The notes under the pieces were generated by a model that was given only the letters and a program-made list of their open reading frames with translations, did no database searches and was not told where the DNA came from. This document shows, piece after piece, positions 43,317 through 55,559 of a stretch of 64,000 nt of DNA. A program made the position numbers and the translations under genes. The stretch is from Macrostomum lignano (lineage: Eukaryota), in assembly GCA_002269645.1 (NCBI GenBank), contig NIVC01002483.1, forward strand, positions 1 to 64,000, read 5' to 3'. How positions within the stretch are numbered: the stretch's first letter is position 1; every line of letters begins with the position of its first letter.

Positions 43317-44911
43317 TCAGGCATAGGACTTGAGCTCGGTGAACAGGTCGATGAAGAAGGCGGGGTCGGAGTTCAGACGCAGCATGTCCCGGCTGCAGTT
43401 GCCGACCACGCCGAGGCAGCGGTCCCAGAAGGCGGCCCGATCGTCCTCAAGCAGGAAGGGTTTGAGCGGGTAGCTGATCTCGTTGCCCATATAGGAGTAG
43501 GCCACGTACAGGCAGGCGAACACCGCCATCTGCAGCTGGCGCTCCGTTGCCAAGCGCTCGCCAACCGTGGTTTTCAGCAGCATGAACAGGAATACGAGAT
43601 TCGGCGGGTTGACGAATGCGGTGTCCGCCCAGCCCTGCAGGATCAGGCAGCGGTCAACCGAGCGGATCCAGGCGGCAGCCGCCGACGGGTCGGGCGCCGC
43701 ATCCGGGCAGCGTCGGTGAAGAAAAGTGCATGTGCACTTCAGCAGCTCGGCCGTGCTGGCCTGGACAACCAGGCGCCGATTGTTGGCGTCGTTGTGTTCG
43801 TCGGCGGCGACACTGTGAGACGGCCGAAGATTCTGGCAGAGGCTGGCGGAGCCGGGACGCCGGTTGAGGGAACCCGGCGGCTTCAGGGCGTAGCAGGAGG
43901 TCGACTTCTTCAACGAGTCCGCGGCGGCCGGTTGAGTGGCGGCCCCCGACAGCTGGCTGTTGTTGTTGAGGCGATCGCTTGACTTCAGCTGCGCCTGCTG
44001 CGACGGCTTGCATGAGTTCGATTGGCTGCAGGATGGCGAGAGTGGTGTCATGTGTGGTATTGGAGTGTCATTTGTGGTATTGGAGTGTCATGTGTGGTAT
44101 TGGAGTGTCATGTGTGGTATTAGAGTGTCATGTGTGGTATTGGAGTGTCATGTGTGGTATTGGAGTGTCATGTGTGGTATTGGAGTGTCATGTGTGGTAT
44201 TGGAGTGTCATGTGTGGTATTGGAGTGTCATGTGTGGTATTGGAGTGTCATGTGTGGTATTGGAGTGTCATGTGTGGTATTGGAGTGTCATGTGTGGTAT
44301 TGGAGTGTCATGTGTGGTATTGGAGTGTCATGTGTGGTATTGGAGTGTCATGTGTGGTATTGGAGTGTCATGTGTGGTATTGGAGTGTCATGTGTGGTAT
44401 TGGAGTGTCATGTGTGGTATTGGAGTGTCATTTGTGGTATTGGAGTGTCATGTGTGGTATTGGAGTGTCATGTGTGGTATTGGAGTGTCATGTGTGGTAT
44501 TGGAGTGTCATGTGTGGTATTGGAGTGTCATGTGTGTGTGGTATTGAAATGTCATGTGAGGGCTGAAGAGATAAAGTAGGGAGATTTCTGCACATGTCAT
44601 CACATAAATAGTCTGACAGTCAAACTCATGGCTTGCCTGACAGCCGCCGGCGGCACCAGCTGTTGACCGCTGCTGTCAGATCCAGCGACTCCACAGCTGC
44701 CCCGCCGAGACGACGAGGAGCGGCCGATGCCGAAGTTGCGGAAGCTCACGGAGCTGGGCAGGCCGTTGCGGAAGAAGTCGGCAATCGCCCTGCCGCCGCC
44801 GTCTCTGTCCTTGAGGCTGAAGGTGGACTTTGACGGTCGTAGCTGGTTGTAGAGGCCGCCAACGCCGCCGGCGCCGCCTTCTCCCCGCGGAGAGGACAAC
44901 ACTGCGCCCAT
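43317..44911 (-). CDS. CDK5R1: Cyclin-dependent kinase 5 activator (p35/p39 family), 2 exons, about 327 aa
   Basis: Exon 1 44637-44911 begins MGAVLSSP (compare p35 MGTVLSLSP, myristoylated Gly2). Exon 2 43317-44025 has the activator domain: VVQASTAELLKC...WIRSVDRCLILQGWAD..FVNPPNLVFLFML...CLYVAYSYMGNEISYPLKPFL...FWDRCL...MLRLNSDPAFF..LFTELK. Confidence 0.95.
44045..44555. repeat. 20-bp minisatellite (GTGTCATGTGTGGTATTGGA)n, CDK5 activator intron
   Basis: About 25 near-identical copies. Confidence 0.96.
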
Positions 44912-45029
44912 GATGCGGCAGATAGGAGGCTGTGCTGCAAAAAAATTTCGGCTCCCGCTGGGGCAGTAAAGTTCAGCTCCCGTCTGAACTCATGAATATA
45001 CCAATGCAGATGAGTTTGGGAACTCGCCG

Positions 45030-45037
45030 TTCTCTCC

Positions 45038-45108
<71 letters not shown>
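45030..45108. repeat. (CT)n/(GA)n microsatellite about 120-200 bp upstream of the CDK5 activator ATG
   Basis: Dinucleotide run. Confidence 0.95.
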
Positions 45109-45110
<2 letters not shown>

Positions 45111-45789
45111 CCCTTCGCTTTTTTCTATGAAATCCTACGAGCAAAGCCGCTCGCCGTTGATGACGCAGGCTGGAGGGATTGGATGGTGAGCACGAGACAG
45201 ACAGAGCGGGGGAGAGAGAGAGATGAGGGAAGCGGGAAGGGGATTAACGGAGAGGCGCGCGGATGCAGAATTTTAGGCAGAGTTAAAAGTGTGCCTGACT
45301 GAGCTGAGCTGATCGCCTTCGTGCAGAGAGGAGGAATGGAATGGCGATAGTGCAGGAGGGCCAAGAAGAGAGTTGGCGTGTTTGAGGTGTGGGGTGGGTG
45401 GTAGTGGCTGCTGTGAGTACTGCTGCCTCCCAAACTCAGTAAAATGTCGATAGCCAGTGAGCGGTAGGGAGGCTGGCTGAGAGTGCAGGCTGCTACACAC
45501 CAGTTCAGTGCATGGAGAGCGGAGAGTCAGTTTCTGTCGAATAAATTTGTAAAAAAGCGTAAAATTCAATTTTGCATCACCCGTGATCTTGTTAGCGTAG
45601 GCGGATTTCACATACCCTAATCCACTTTCTAATCTGCTGCATTAATTTGATTGCGAGTGTTTTGACAGGCTCATATAGATGTCTATATGTGATAGCTTGC
45701 ACTTTGTCATGTCTAAGACCCTATGAGATCAGTTTTTATTAGTTGGCTCCTATTTGTTGTCCATGACATACTTACATGTATAGTCTCCT

Positions 45790-46390
45790 TTCAATGACGT
45801 TCCTTTATCTCCACTTTCGACATCCCTTTATCTTCCTTTTGACGTCCCTTCATCTCCACATTCGACGTCCCTTCATCTCCACTTTCGACGTCCCTTCATC
45901 TCCACTTTCGACGTCCCTTCATCTCCTTTTTGACGTCCCTTCATCTCCACTTTCGACGTTCCTTTATCTCCACTTTCGACGTCCCTTTATCTTCCTTTTG
46001 ACGTCCCTTCATCTCCACATTCGACGTCCCTTCATCTCCACTTTCGACGTCCCTTCATCTCCACTTTCGACGTCCCTTCATCTCCACTTTCGACGTCCCT
46101 TCATCTCCACTTTCGACGTCCCTTCATCTCCACATTCGACGTCCCTTCATCTCCACTTTTGACGTCCCTTCATCTCCACTTTTGACGTCCCTTCATCTCC
46201 ACTTTCGACGTCCCTTCATCTCCACTTTCGACGTCCCTTCATCTCCACTTTCGACGTCCCTTCATCTCCACATTCGACGTCCCTTCATCTCCACTTTTGA
46301 CGTCCCTTCATCTCCACTTTCGACGTCCCTTCATCTTCCTTTCTACGTCCCTTCATCTCCACTTTCGACGTCCCTCCATCTCCACTTCGA
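45790..46390. repeat. ~23-bp minisatellite (TTCGACGTCCCTTCATCTCCACT)n
   Basis: Tandem copies between divergently oriented genes. Confidence 0.93.
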
Positions 46391-46714
46391 TGTTCCTTAA
46401 TCTCTTTCTCTATGTTTCACCCTTATGTCACTTGCACGAATTGATTATAAACTAAGTTTACTTTCTTTATCTGTGCATTTCAAGTTCTAAAATCTACAAA
46501 AAGGAATTAACTGAGCTTCAGCCATAGACAAACTAATCGAGTTATTGAATTGGTAAAAGTTTCACTAATTTTAAAAATTTCTCGGCTAAAATTATCTTTA
46601 ACCCAGCTAGCTGCCAGCTAAAGCTCTTGGGTCCATCTAATTCTCAAAGCTTCTCAAATCTTAAATCCCAAGTCTGATCTGCTAGTCAGTTGTATCAGTT
46701 ATAACTGAATCGCC

Positions 46715-47350
46715 ATGGCAACGGAGCAGACGCGCGGCGGCCCGCCCGTTTTGTTGAGTCAACAGCCGGGAGAATTCCAGCTACACGAAGACTACGACAA
46801 CAATTTTTACACCTTTGTTGGCCTGCTGCACCGCCTGCGCTCCAAGTACGAGTACGTCAAACGGGGCTACGAGCGCAAGAAGCTGCCGCCTGGCAGATCG
46901 TTGAAGCACCTAGTCAGCATCATCGAGTCCTTCATCGATCTGGCCTCGAGCTCTCTGGCCGCCCCAGCCCAGTACCCCGGCAGGGTGCAGCCGGGCGACG
47001 TGCCCGTGCCCGAGGCCGCCCGAGCCGGTGATCACGTGATGCGGCGTCGAATGGTGGTGATCGAGGACTCCGGCCGGCTGTTCGCCTTGGATCCAGCCGT
47101 GGTGGTCGGCGGCGAGGTGTGCATGTGCGGCGGCGCTGGCAAGCGGCAGCTCAGACAGAAGCAGGAGCAGCAGCGCAGCCAGCAGCAGGCGGCGGTCTGC
47201 AATCACTGCCTGTTTGAGAAGTCCAACCTGTTGAGAATAGCTCGGGAACTGTCTCGGGTGGCGAACCGCGGACTCAAGGAGCAGCAGCAGCAGCAGCAGC
47301 ATCTTCAGCACAACGATGACGACATGAACTTCAACCAGGGAGAAGAGTAG
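46715..47350 (+). CDS. Intronless 211-aa protein of unknown function
   Basis: Kozak-like GCCATGG start. Non-repetitive GC-rich ORF with codon style like neighbouring exons, poly-Q tracts and a C-x-C...C-xx-C motif; no family recognised. Confidence 0.7.
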   Translation: MATEQTRGGPPVLLSQQPGEFQLHEDYDNNFYTFVGLLHRLRSKYEYVKRGYERKKLPPGRSLKHLVSIIESFIDLASSSLAAPAQYPGRVQPGDVPVPEAARAGDHVMRRRMVVIEDSGRLFALDPAVVVGGEVCMCGGAGKRQLRQKQEQQRSQQQAAVCNHCLFEKSNLLRIARELSRVANRGLKEQQQQQQHLQHNDDDMNFNQGEE

Positions 47351-48577
47351 GCAGCAGCGAGGACGCTGGCGACTCTCCAAACTCACTCAGTTAGAAACCG
47401 CAGACTCCGAAGGGTTTAAATTGGATTTTCCAGTTCAATTTGCTTTCAACGCTTAGAACTTTTAGTTGCCTTGCCTTGTAACTTATCCGCCTCGCTCCCT
47501 CTGGTCACAGCAGCAAACTCGCTTCATTCTACTTCTCTCAGTAGCAGTATTTGCGCGCGAGAAATGCACGCGACGAAGCAGAGGACCGAGTTGTAATTTG
47601 TTTTGGCGCTTCGATCGAGTTTAGCATGAGTTGGCTCTTTTGTTTTCCACGGCTTGACAACTGTCTAGTTTAATAATTAATACATATATATATATGCTTA
47701 TATATGCTAATACAATCATTTCTATATCACTTCTTGAGCAGATTGTACAGGCTCTTGAAAAGACAATTGCAATTCTCCAATAAGAACTGTAACCATGGAA
47801 ACCATGCACCATCCCTCCCCAGAGGCTGACTATCCGTTGCCAGCATCTCGACTCGCTGCATGCTATGACGTCAATGCGGGCATCTCCGAGACAGCAATAA
47901 TCATAATTCATAATAAATAATTTCTATCAGAAGAAATGCTACAAGAGAATTCAAGCCGATCAGAAGAAGAAGAGCTATGCCTGAGTCCCCAGAGGATGAT
48001 GCCTACCCAGCCAACCCTATGGGATGGGCCATCTCCCATCCCGCATATCCCACCCTCGTTAGCAAGTCACACGGAAGAATCCATTGAGCAGCCGCATCGG
48101 GGGGCAATCAGGGTCTGAGAGGAGCGCAGCGCACAGGGATTCAGAAGATACGGGAGATCAAGGCGACGAATCTCCATACAGAGGGGGGGGCAGGCAGGTA
48201 AGAACTGCATCCTTAGCTACCCCTAGCGCTCATGCGGACTGTAAGACAGGTTAATTTAGCCTTCGGCATCTTTTGCCTTTCAGTGTTTCCATGCTTCCCT
48301 GCGCAGTAATTTCTTCTCTGACTGGTACCTGCTGCTTCTGTTTTTTAATTTGAGACCCCTCGGGTACTGCAACTCAACAGCGGCGAAACTTCCTCTAAGC
48401 CTGTTATTTTGGGACCTCGCCGTGACGTCTGCTTAACGGAGCAGGGGGGGGGGTAAAGGAAAGGATTGAAGACTGCTATGAAGGACCGACTCAGCCAGGA
48501 CTCTTTCAACTGCCCTTGCTGCCTAGGGCATCTCAATCCCATACCAATCTCCATGCTGATCTTAGCCTGATAGCATC

Positions 48578-48800
48578 CCGATCCCATCCCGATCCCATCC
48601 CGATCCCATCCCGATCCAATCCCGATCCCATCCCGATCCCATCCCGATCCCATCCCGATCCCATCCCGATCCCATCCCGATCCCATCCCGATCCCATCCC
48701 GATCCCATCCCGATCCCATCCCGATCCCATCCCGATCCCATCCCGATCCCATCCCGATCCCATCCCGATCCCATCCCGATCCCATCCCGATCCCATCCCT
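48578..48800. repeat. 11-bp minisatellite (CCCATCCCGAT)n
   Basis: About 20 copies. Confidence 0.95.
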
Positions 48801-49394
48801 ACAGTCACCATTCGGTCTATTATCTGTTTCCATCATTCCCATCTTGTGCGCCCGCAGCCTACTTATTCCCAACCTCGAAATAAGATTTCTTCCCCAATTT
48901 GAGAGCTACCTTTCCACTCTAGCAACTACTCGGATATGCACCGTGCAGCTTCCTGCTGCCGCATCTCAGCTTGCTCAGCTTCTGTAAACACAGCTGAGTG
49001 AGCTGCGGCTCCCCTTCGCTCTCCACCCGGCAGTCTCATCTGACGGCAGTCAGTTGTCCATCACGGTCCTCCTGAGCGCAAAGAAGACGTCTGTCCGCCC
49101 CTCTTTTTCCTCATTCTTTCGGCTTCCTATTTTCCTTTGTGTACATCACGTCCTCCGCGCCAGCCTGCCTTAGAGAAGGAGATGTCAAGGCATGGAGCGC
49201 TGAGACTGGGCGGCTTGCTGTTGCTTTGTACTTTGGAACTTGGGGGAAGGGTAATTAACCTGCTGGCTTGCCTCGGAACTTATTCAAACTGTTCTTAACT
49301 TATCTATCAATTTTGTAACAGAGAACATTTGCCTGTTTAGTATTCATGCCGGTGATGACAATACGAAGGCAAGGATGACTAGGGAGTCTGAAGC

Positions 49395-49680
49395 GTGTGA
49401 ATTCTGTGAATTCTGTGAATTCTGTGAATTCTGTGAATTCTGTGAGTTCTGTGAATTCTGTGAATTCTGTGAATTCGGTTAATTCTATGAATTCTGTGAA
49501 TTCTGTGAATTCTGTGAATTCTGTGAATTCTGTGAGTTCTGTGAATTCTGTGAATTCTGTGAATTTTGTGAATTTTGTGAATTCTGTGAATTCTGTGAAT
49601 TCTGTGAATTCTGTTAATTTTATGAATTATGTGATTTCTATGATTTCTGTGAATTCTTTGATTTCTGTGAATTCTGTGAA
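49395..49680. repeat. 9-bp repeat (TGTGAATTC)n
   Basis: About 30 copies, degenerate at the 3' end. Confidence 0.93.
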
Positions 49681-50262
49681 ATCTACACGTACTGGATTAG
49701 TAATATATTCAATACTGCATGTACAATGCAGTTCAGCGCCAGCTAATAATCATTCTTAAGAAGAGAATAATACGCACCTTTCCAATACGTTATTTAACTA
49801 CTAGGCTCGTAATAGGAAATAATGGGATGGCAAAGTTAGGGCCGATTTCCGCCTTCTCTCTTCAACACTCTTTCTCTGTCCCTTTGGCCTGCTCAAGAAT
49901 TATTCCTGCTCTAATACAGCCCACCCCTGAGAGGCTCAGCGCCTCCTCTTTGCTCGTCTTTCTTCCCCGCTGCTCCAAGTCTGCTCCCCATCCCCTCCGG
50001 CTCGCCCCTCATCCCAACCTCTGCCTCGCCGCTCCCCTTCCCGATCGCATTTAGCCGGTCGGCGGAACGAAGCGAAGGCGCCGCCGCGCCGAGCGCTCGG
50101 ACTCGCAGAAGTTTCCCAGCTCTCGGCAACCTATAGTGTAAAAGTAGAGTGTGCGGAGAGAGAGAGAATAGTTTTAGCCCCGAGACCCATTAACATCCTA
50201 GTGCAGACTGAATTAGAGCGAGCCAGAGAGAGAGAGGAAAGAGACTGCAAGACGGCGCAGAG

Positions 50263-50379
50263 ATGTCGTCTTTCTTATCCGGCCTCAAGTCTGTGATGGC
50301 TGGCGGGGATCGCAAGAACGCGTCGAGCCCCAGCAGTGGCGGTGGTGGAGTCAGCGGCTCGGGAAAATCTCTAGCGACA

Positions 50380-50410
<31 letters not shown>

Positions 50411-52980
50411 ATTCCGCAGATTTCCAACAGTCAAAGCGACTTGCCGACGAGAAGTCCGGTCAGATGAGGCGCGAGCTGTACTCGCTGCCGCTGCTGAAGG
50501 ACGCTGCAACGCCTGAGCAGCGTGAGTCGCTAATGATGCAGAAACTGCGCCAGTGCTGCGTGGTGTTCGACTTTGTCAGGGAGCCACTGTCGGACCTTCG
50601 AGCCAAGGAGGTGAAGCGGCAGGCTCTGCAGGAGCTGCTTGATCACGTGATCACCAGCCGGGGCGCCATCACGGAGCCGGTGTACGCCGAGGCCGTGTTC
50701 ATGTTCTCCGCCAATGTGTTCCGCACGCTGCCGCCGCCGTCGAATCCCATCGGTGCGGAGTTCGACCCCGAGGAGGACGAGCCGGCCCTGGACGCGGCCT
50801 GGCCGCACCTGCACCTGGTGTACGAGTTCTTCCTGCGCTTTCTCGAGTCGCCGGACTTTCAGCCCTGCCTGGCCAAGCGCTGCATTGAGCATCAGTTTGT
50901 GCTGCAGCTGCTGGACACCTTCGACAGCGAGGATCCCAGGGAACGCGACTTTCTCAAGACCATCCTGCACCGCATCTACGGCAAATTCCTCGGCCTGAGG
51001 GCCGTCATTCGACGAAATGTTAATAACATATTTTATAGGTGAGGTGATGGGGGCAGAGTACTGCAACTGAGCCGCATTCATTCAGGGCTTGTGTACGAAA
51101 ATTGGACAGGTGGTTGTCGTGGGATTCAAAAAACCCAGAAATGTGCAGAATTGCCGTAGGCGCTGGTTGTAGGACAATGTCCCCGGCGTTCAATTTCTGG
51201 TGCTTTGTGTCTTGTGTCGTAGACTAAATGACAGCACACAGGTTGTACATCCTTGATCCTGACCTCATCAGCAGGCATTGTACACACTCTGTGACTTGGA
51301 GATTGGCCCTCGTTGCCATGAGCGTGAATCATACGACAAGCCCCGGGTTATTTTAGAAAATTTGAGTTTTTCAGTTCGGCCACATGCTGCCCGCGAAACC
51401 TCTCTTCTTTGTGTCTCTTCTCAGCTCTCTTCTCTATAATCTCTTCACTCTTTTTCTCTCCTATTTCTGCTCCTTCCCTCTCTTCTCCTCTCCTCTACTC
51501 TCCTCTCCTCTACTCTCTTCTCCTCTCCTCTACTCTCCTCTCCTCTCCTCTCCTCTCCTCTCCTCTCCTCTCCTCTCCTCTCCTCTCCTCTCCTCTCCTC
51601 TCCTCTCCTCTCCTCTCCTCTCCTCTCCTCTCCTCTCCTCTCCTCTCCTCTAATCTCCTCTCCTCTCCTCTAATCTCCTCTCCTCTCCTCTCCTCTCCTC
51701 TCCTCTCCTCTCCTCTACTCTACTCTCCTCTCCTCTCCTCTCCTCTCCTCTCCTCTCCTCTAATCTCCTCTCCTCTCCTCTAATCTCCTCTCCTCTCCCG
51801 TCCTCTCCTCTCCTCTCCTCTCCTCTCCTCTCCTCTCCTCTCCTCTCCTCTTCTCTCCTCTCCTCTCCTCTCCTCTAATCTCCTCTCCTCTCCTCTCCTC
51901 TCCTCTCCTCTCCTCTCCTCTCCTCTCCTCTCCTCTCCTCTCCTCTCCTCTCCTCTTCTCTTCTCTCCTCTTCTCTCCTCTCCTCTTCTCTTCTCTCCTC
52001 TCCTCTCCTCTTCTCTCCTCTCCTCTCCTCTCCTCTACTCTCCTCTCCTCTCCTCTAATCTCCTCTCCTCTCCTCTCCTCTCCTCTCCTCTCCTCTCCTC
52101 TCCTCTCCTCTCCTCTCCTCTCCTCTCCTCTTCTCTTCTCTCCTCTCCTCTCCTCTTCTCTCTACTCTCCTATTTCATCTAATCTCTTCTCACTTTTCTC
52201 CTCTCGTCTCCTCACTTTTCGCCTTGCATCGCCTCTCCTTTCTTCTATCGCTTATCTCTCTTCACTCATCTCTAATTTCTAATTTCTCATCTCTCATCTG
52301 TCTTCTCTCATCTCTCTTCCATTTTCTCTTTTCTCTCTCCTCTCTCCCCGCCCCTGGCCCGCAGTAATGCGCTGGGTTCTCTATCTGGCCCTTGAGGTAA
52401 AAAAGTTTGCCGAACCCTGGTGTAGCCAGAGAGTCTACCGTTCACCTTTCAGTCTAGAACAGCTTCAATGCAGTCATTAAGTCCATCTCAGTAGAAAAGT
52501 AATATAAATAATGCTGCATTTGTTTTTCTGTGCTAAAGGGCATGGCGCCCCACCCGCCTCCACTGCGCTCCGATCGAATTTCCATGGAATCGAATTGCGA
52601 GAGACAGAGAGAGAGAGAGAGGGAGCGAGAAGTAAGCAAAGCAAGCACAAGGATGGATGAGGCATTGATCCCATTATGGGGGTTGGGCATCAGCTCGGCC
52701 TGTTCCTTATTCTGCGAGCGAATTACTTTTGTCTCGCGCCCCGGCAGTGCCTCACCATAGTGTGCCCTCATGCTGCAGTCCTCATTACAAAATCGCACAC
52801 GCTGGCTGGGGGAGACAGGATAGCGTGCTCCTCGCTAGTCTAGTCTTCTCCGGGCGTGCCTAACCCAGCCCCCTAATCACCGGTTGCCAGGGGTAACAGG
52901 GAACTAGCCCCCCTTCCGTTTGTCTCCGTCTCCCCCAGCCGTTCTTTGCTCTGCTTGCGCCTCTGTCTGCCTGTCTTTGT

Positions 52981-53028
<48 letters not shown>

Positions 53029-54514
53029 TCTCTCTTTGTCCTCACCGCATCTCCTGCAAGCCTTCCTTTATCTGCAAGCACTATAAATGTAGGTGATGAC
53101 TAGGGGATCTATTGTGTTCTTTTTCTACTGTGATTTCACTCGCGCTAGCGCTCTGCACAATTGTCCTTTGTTTCGTGTTTTTTTCAATTCATTCTGAATT
53201 GTGACTGTCGACAATGTATAATAAGTACCATAGCTTGCCACTGTACATGGCCACTTAAGTTTGTCACTCCAGGTTTAACTCTCGATTTCGATCCAGCCTG
53301 TCACTCTCGCTGTCACTCTCGCTGTCACTCTCGGTGTCACTCTCGCTGTCACTCTCTGTGGCACTCTCTGTGTCACAACTGATGTCACTCTCGATGCGAC
53401 TTTACGCTCTCTACAAGCGCATTTGTCACTCTAAACGACAATCCAGTTTTTCATTCTCAATGCCCACACCAGTCTGTCACTCTGGACGTCATTACAGCCG
53501 GTTCGGTCACTCCAGCCCCCCATCACCCTCTGCAGATTCATCTACGAGACCGAGCGACACAATGGCATCGCCGAATTGCTAGAGATTCTGGGCAGCATCA
53601 TCAACGGCTTCGCCTTGCCGCTCAAAGAGGAGCACAAAGTGTTCCTGCTCAGAGTCCTGCTCCCGCTGCACAAGGCTAAAACGCTGAGCACTTATCATCC
53701 ACAACTGGCCTACTGCGTTGTCCAGTTTCTAGAGAAGGACCACTCGCTGGCCCAGCCAGTGCTGCTAAGCCTGCTGCGCTTCTGGCCGAAGGTCCACTCG
53801 CCCAAGGAGGTGATGTTCCTGACCGAGCTCGAAGAGATTCTCGACGTTGTTGACCCGGTCGAATTCCGCAAGGTCGCCGGGCCGCTGCTCCGCCAGCTGG
53901 CCAGGTGCGTGAGCTCGCCGCACTTCCAAGTGGCTGAACGGGCGCTGTACTACTGGAACAATGAGTACGTCTTGTCCCTGATGTCCGACAATGCCTCCCT
54001 GGCCATGCCGATCGTGTTCCCGGCACTGTACAGAACCAAGCAGCACTGGAACAAGACAATTCACACTCTGGTTTACAATGCGCTCAAGCTGCTCATGGAG
54101 ATGGATCAGAAGCTGTTCGACGAGTGCACGATCCGCTATCAGGAGGAGAGGCAGCGAGAGCGCGAGGCGCTGGTCAAACGGGAGCAGCTGTGGCAGCAGC
54201 TGGCTGCTCAGGCCATGGACAATCCGCTCTACCCGGTCTTCTGCCGTCAGACGGTGCCCAAGGAGCAGCGCCCGAGCAATCGTCGAGTTGACCAGCCGGC
54301 TGCCGCCGGTTTCGCAGCCACTGAAACGGTGGACAACCCGACGGGGGCAGAGGATGAGGAGGAGGACGTGCAGAGCGGCCTGACAGCGCTGGAGCGCGAG
54401 GCCCTCGCCGAGGCCAACGCGAGCGGATCCACCGGATCTGCTGGCAGCGTCCGCCGGGACAAACCGCTGCTACGACGCAAGTCCGAGCTGAACAAATCGA
54501 AAGCGTCCAAGTGA
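50263..54514 (+). CDS. PPP2R5: PP2A regulatory subunit B' (B56), gamma/delta-like, 2 exons, 584 aa
   Basis: Exon 1 50263-51038 ([24 protein letters not shown]...[17 protein letters not shown]...[33 protein letters not shown]). Exon 2 53536-54514 ([34 protein letters not shown]...[18 protein letters not shown]...HWNKTIH...RRKSEL). Phase-2 GT-AG intron; 1755 nt in total. Paralog (C vs D) not resolved. Confidence 0.97.
51480..52150. repeat. (TCTCC)n polypyrimidine microsatellite, B56 intron
   Basis: Pentanucleotide run. Confidence 0.96.
52883..52897 (+). promoter_or_regulatory. Candidate RFX X-box GTTGCCAGGGGTAAC
   Basis: Exact fit to GTNRCC-N(0-3)-RGYAAC in a GC-rich island of the B56 intron; function untested. 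Confidence 0.35.
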
Positions 54515-54709
54515 CAGAAGTGCGTCGCAATTCACGCTTGCTAATAATGTTTTGATTTTGTATTTTAATTCTTTGAAAACTGGCCATTCGCAGAGTGGCT
54601 TCACTTCACTGGGCCTGTGGTTCCCCCTCTGTCTTTTGTGCGATGTTAACAAATTTCTGCGGACCAAATGCGGTTGATGAGGGTCATGAAGTACAGTAGA
54701 TGAGGTTGT

Positions 54710-55065
54710 TGGTAGCTGAGGACTCTGGAGTACTGTAGATGTGGTAGCTGGTAGCTGAGGACTGTGGAGTACTGTAGATGTGGTAGCTGAGGACTGTGGA
54801 GTACTGTAGATGTGGTAGCTGAGGACTGTGGAGTACTGTAGATGTGATAGCTGAGGACTGTGGAGTACTGTAGATGTGATAGCTGAGGACTGTGGAGTAC
54901 TGTAGATGTGGTAGCTGAGGACTGTGGAGTACTGTAGATATGGTAGCTGAGGACTGGGGAGTACTGTAGATGTGGTAGCTGAGGACTGGGGAGTACTGTA
55001 GATGTGGTAGCTGAGGACTGGGGAGTACTGTAGATGTGGTAGCTGAGGACTCTGAAGTACTGTAG
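54710..55065. repeat. 32-bp minisatellite (GTAGCTGAGGACTGTGGAGTACTGTAGATGTG)n, 3' of B56
   Basis: About 11 copies. Confidence 0.93.
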
Positions 55066-55559
55066 ACAGGGTAGCTTAGGGCCCCGAAGTACGAGCGTAC
55101 ATCTTTTCGTAGGAAATAAATTTGAATATAAAAGTACATTTTTCAAGTACATTCAAAGCACTGGCAGTGCACCAACCGCGCACTATTTTAGAGCCGCTGC
55201 ATCATGTGACTGCAAGCTCGCTTCTCTTGCACTTATGTAGGGCAAATTTATATGCTGCTTATAATTGTAGTCTTAATTTTTTGCATCCTTGACTTGTTTC
55301 ACCCCTGAACTTAGAAAATCCTAAAAAATTCTCCCACTTGCCGTTTGATTACTGTTGTCGCTGCTGTGGTCAGTAGGAAAGTATGCGAGAAACTATTCAC
55401 ACGCAACTATGGTAACTTTAATTTTGAAATGTCTGCATAGCTGTCCGGTGCATGTCATCTTGTCCGCATACCTGCATGTTTCATTTCTTGGGGACGGAGT
55501 TCCAAACTTACATCCACCCCCTGTGCCACTGGCCGAGACACCTCCAAGCCAAGCCACTA

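Noticed and set aside
47621-48520. Short ORFs between the orphan gene and B56
   Set aside because: Short, mutually inconsistent frames with no recognisable motif or splice structure.
52454-52798. Minus-strand 114-aa ORF in the B56 intron with a hydrophobic stretch
   Set aside because: It is partly built from a (CT)n tract (SLSLSL), has no splice or family support, and the peptide-precursor idea is speculative.
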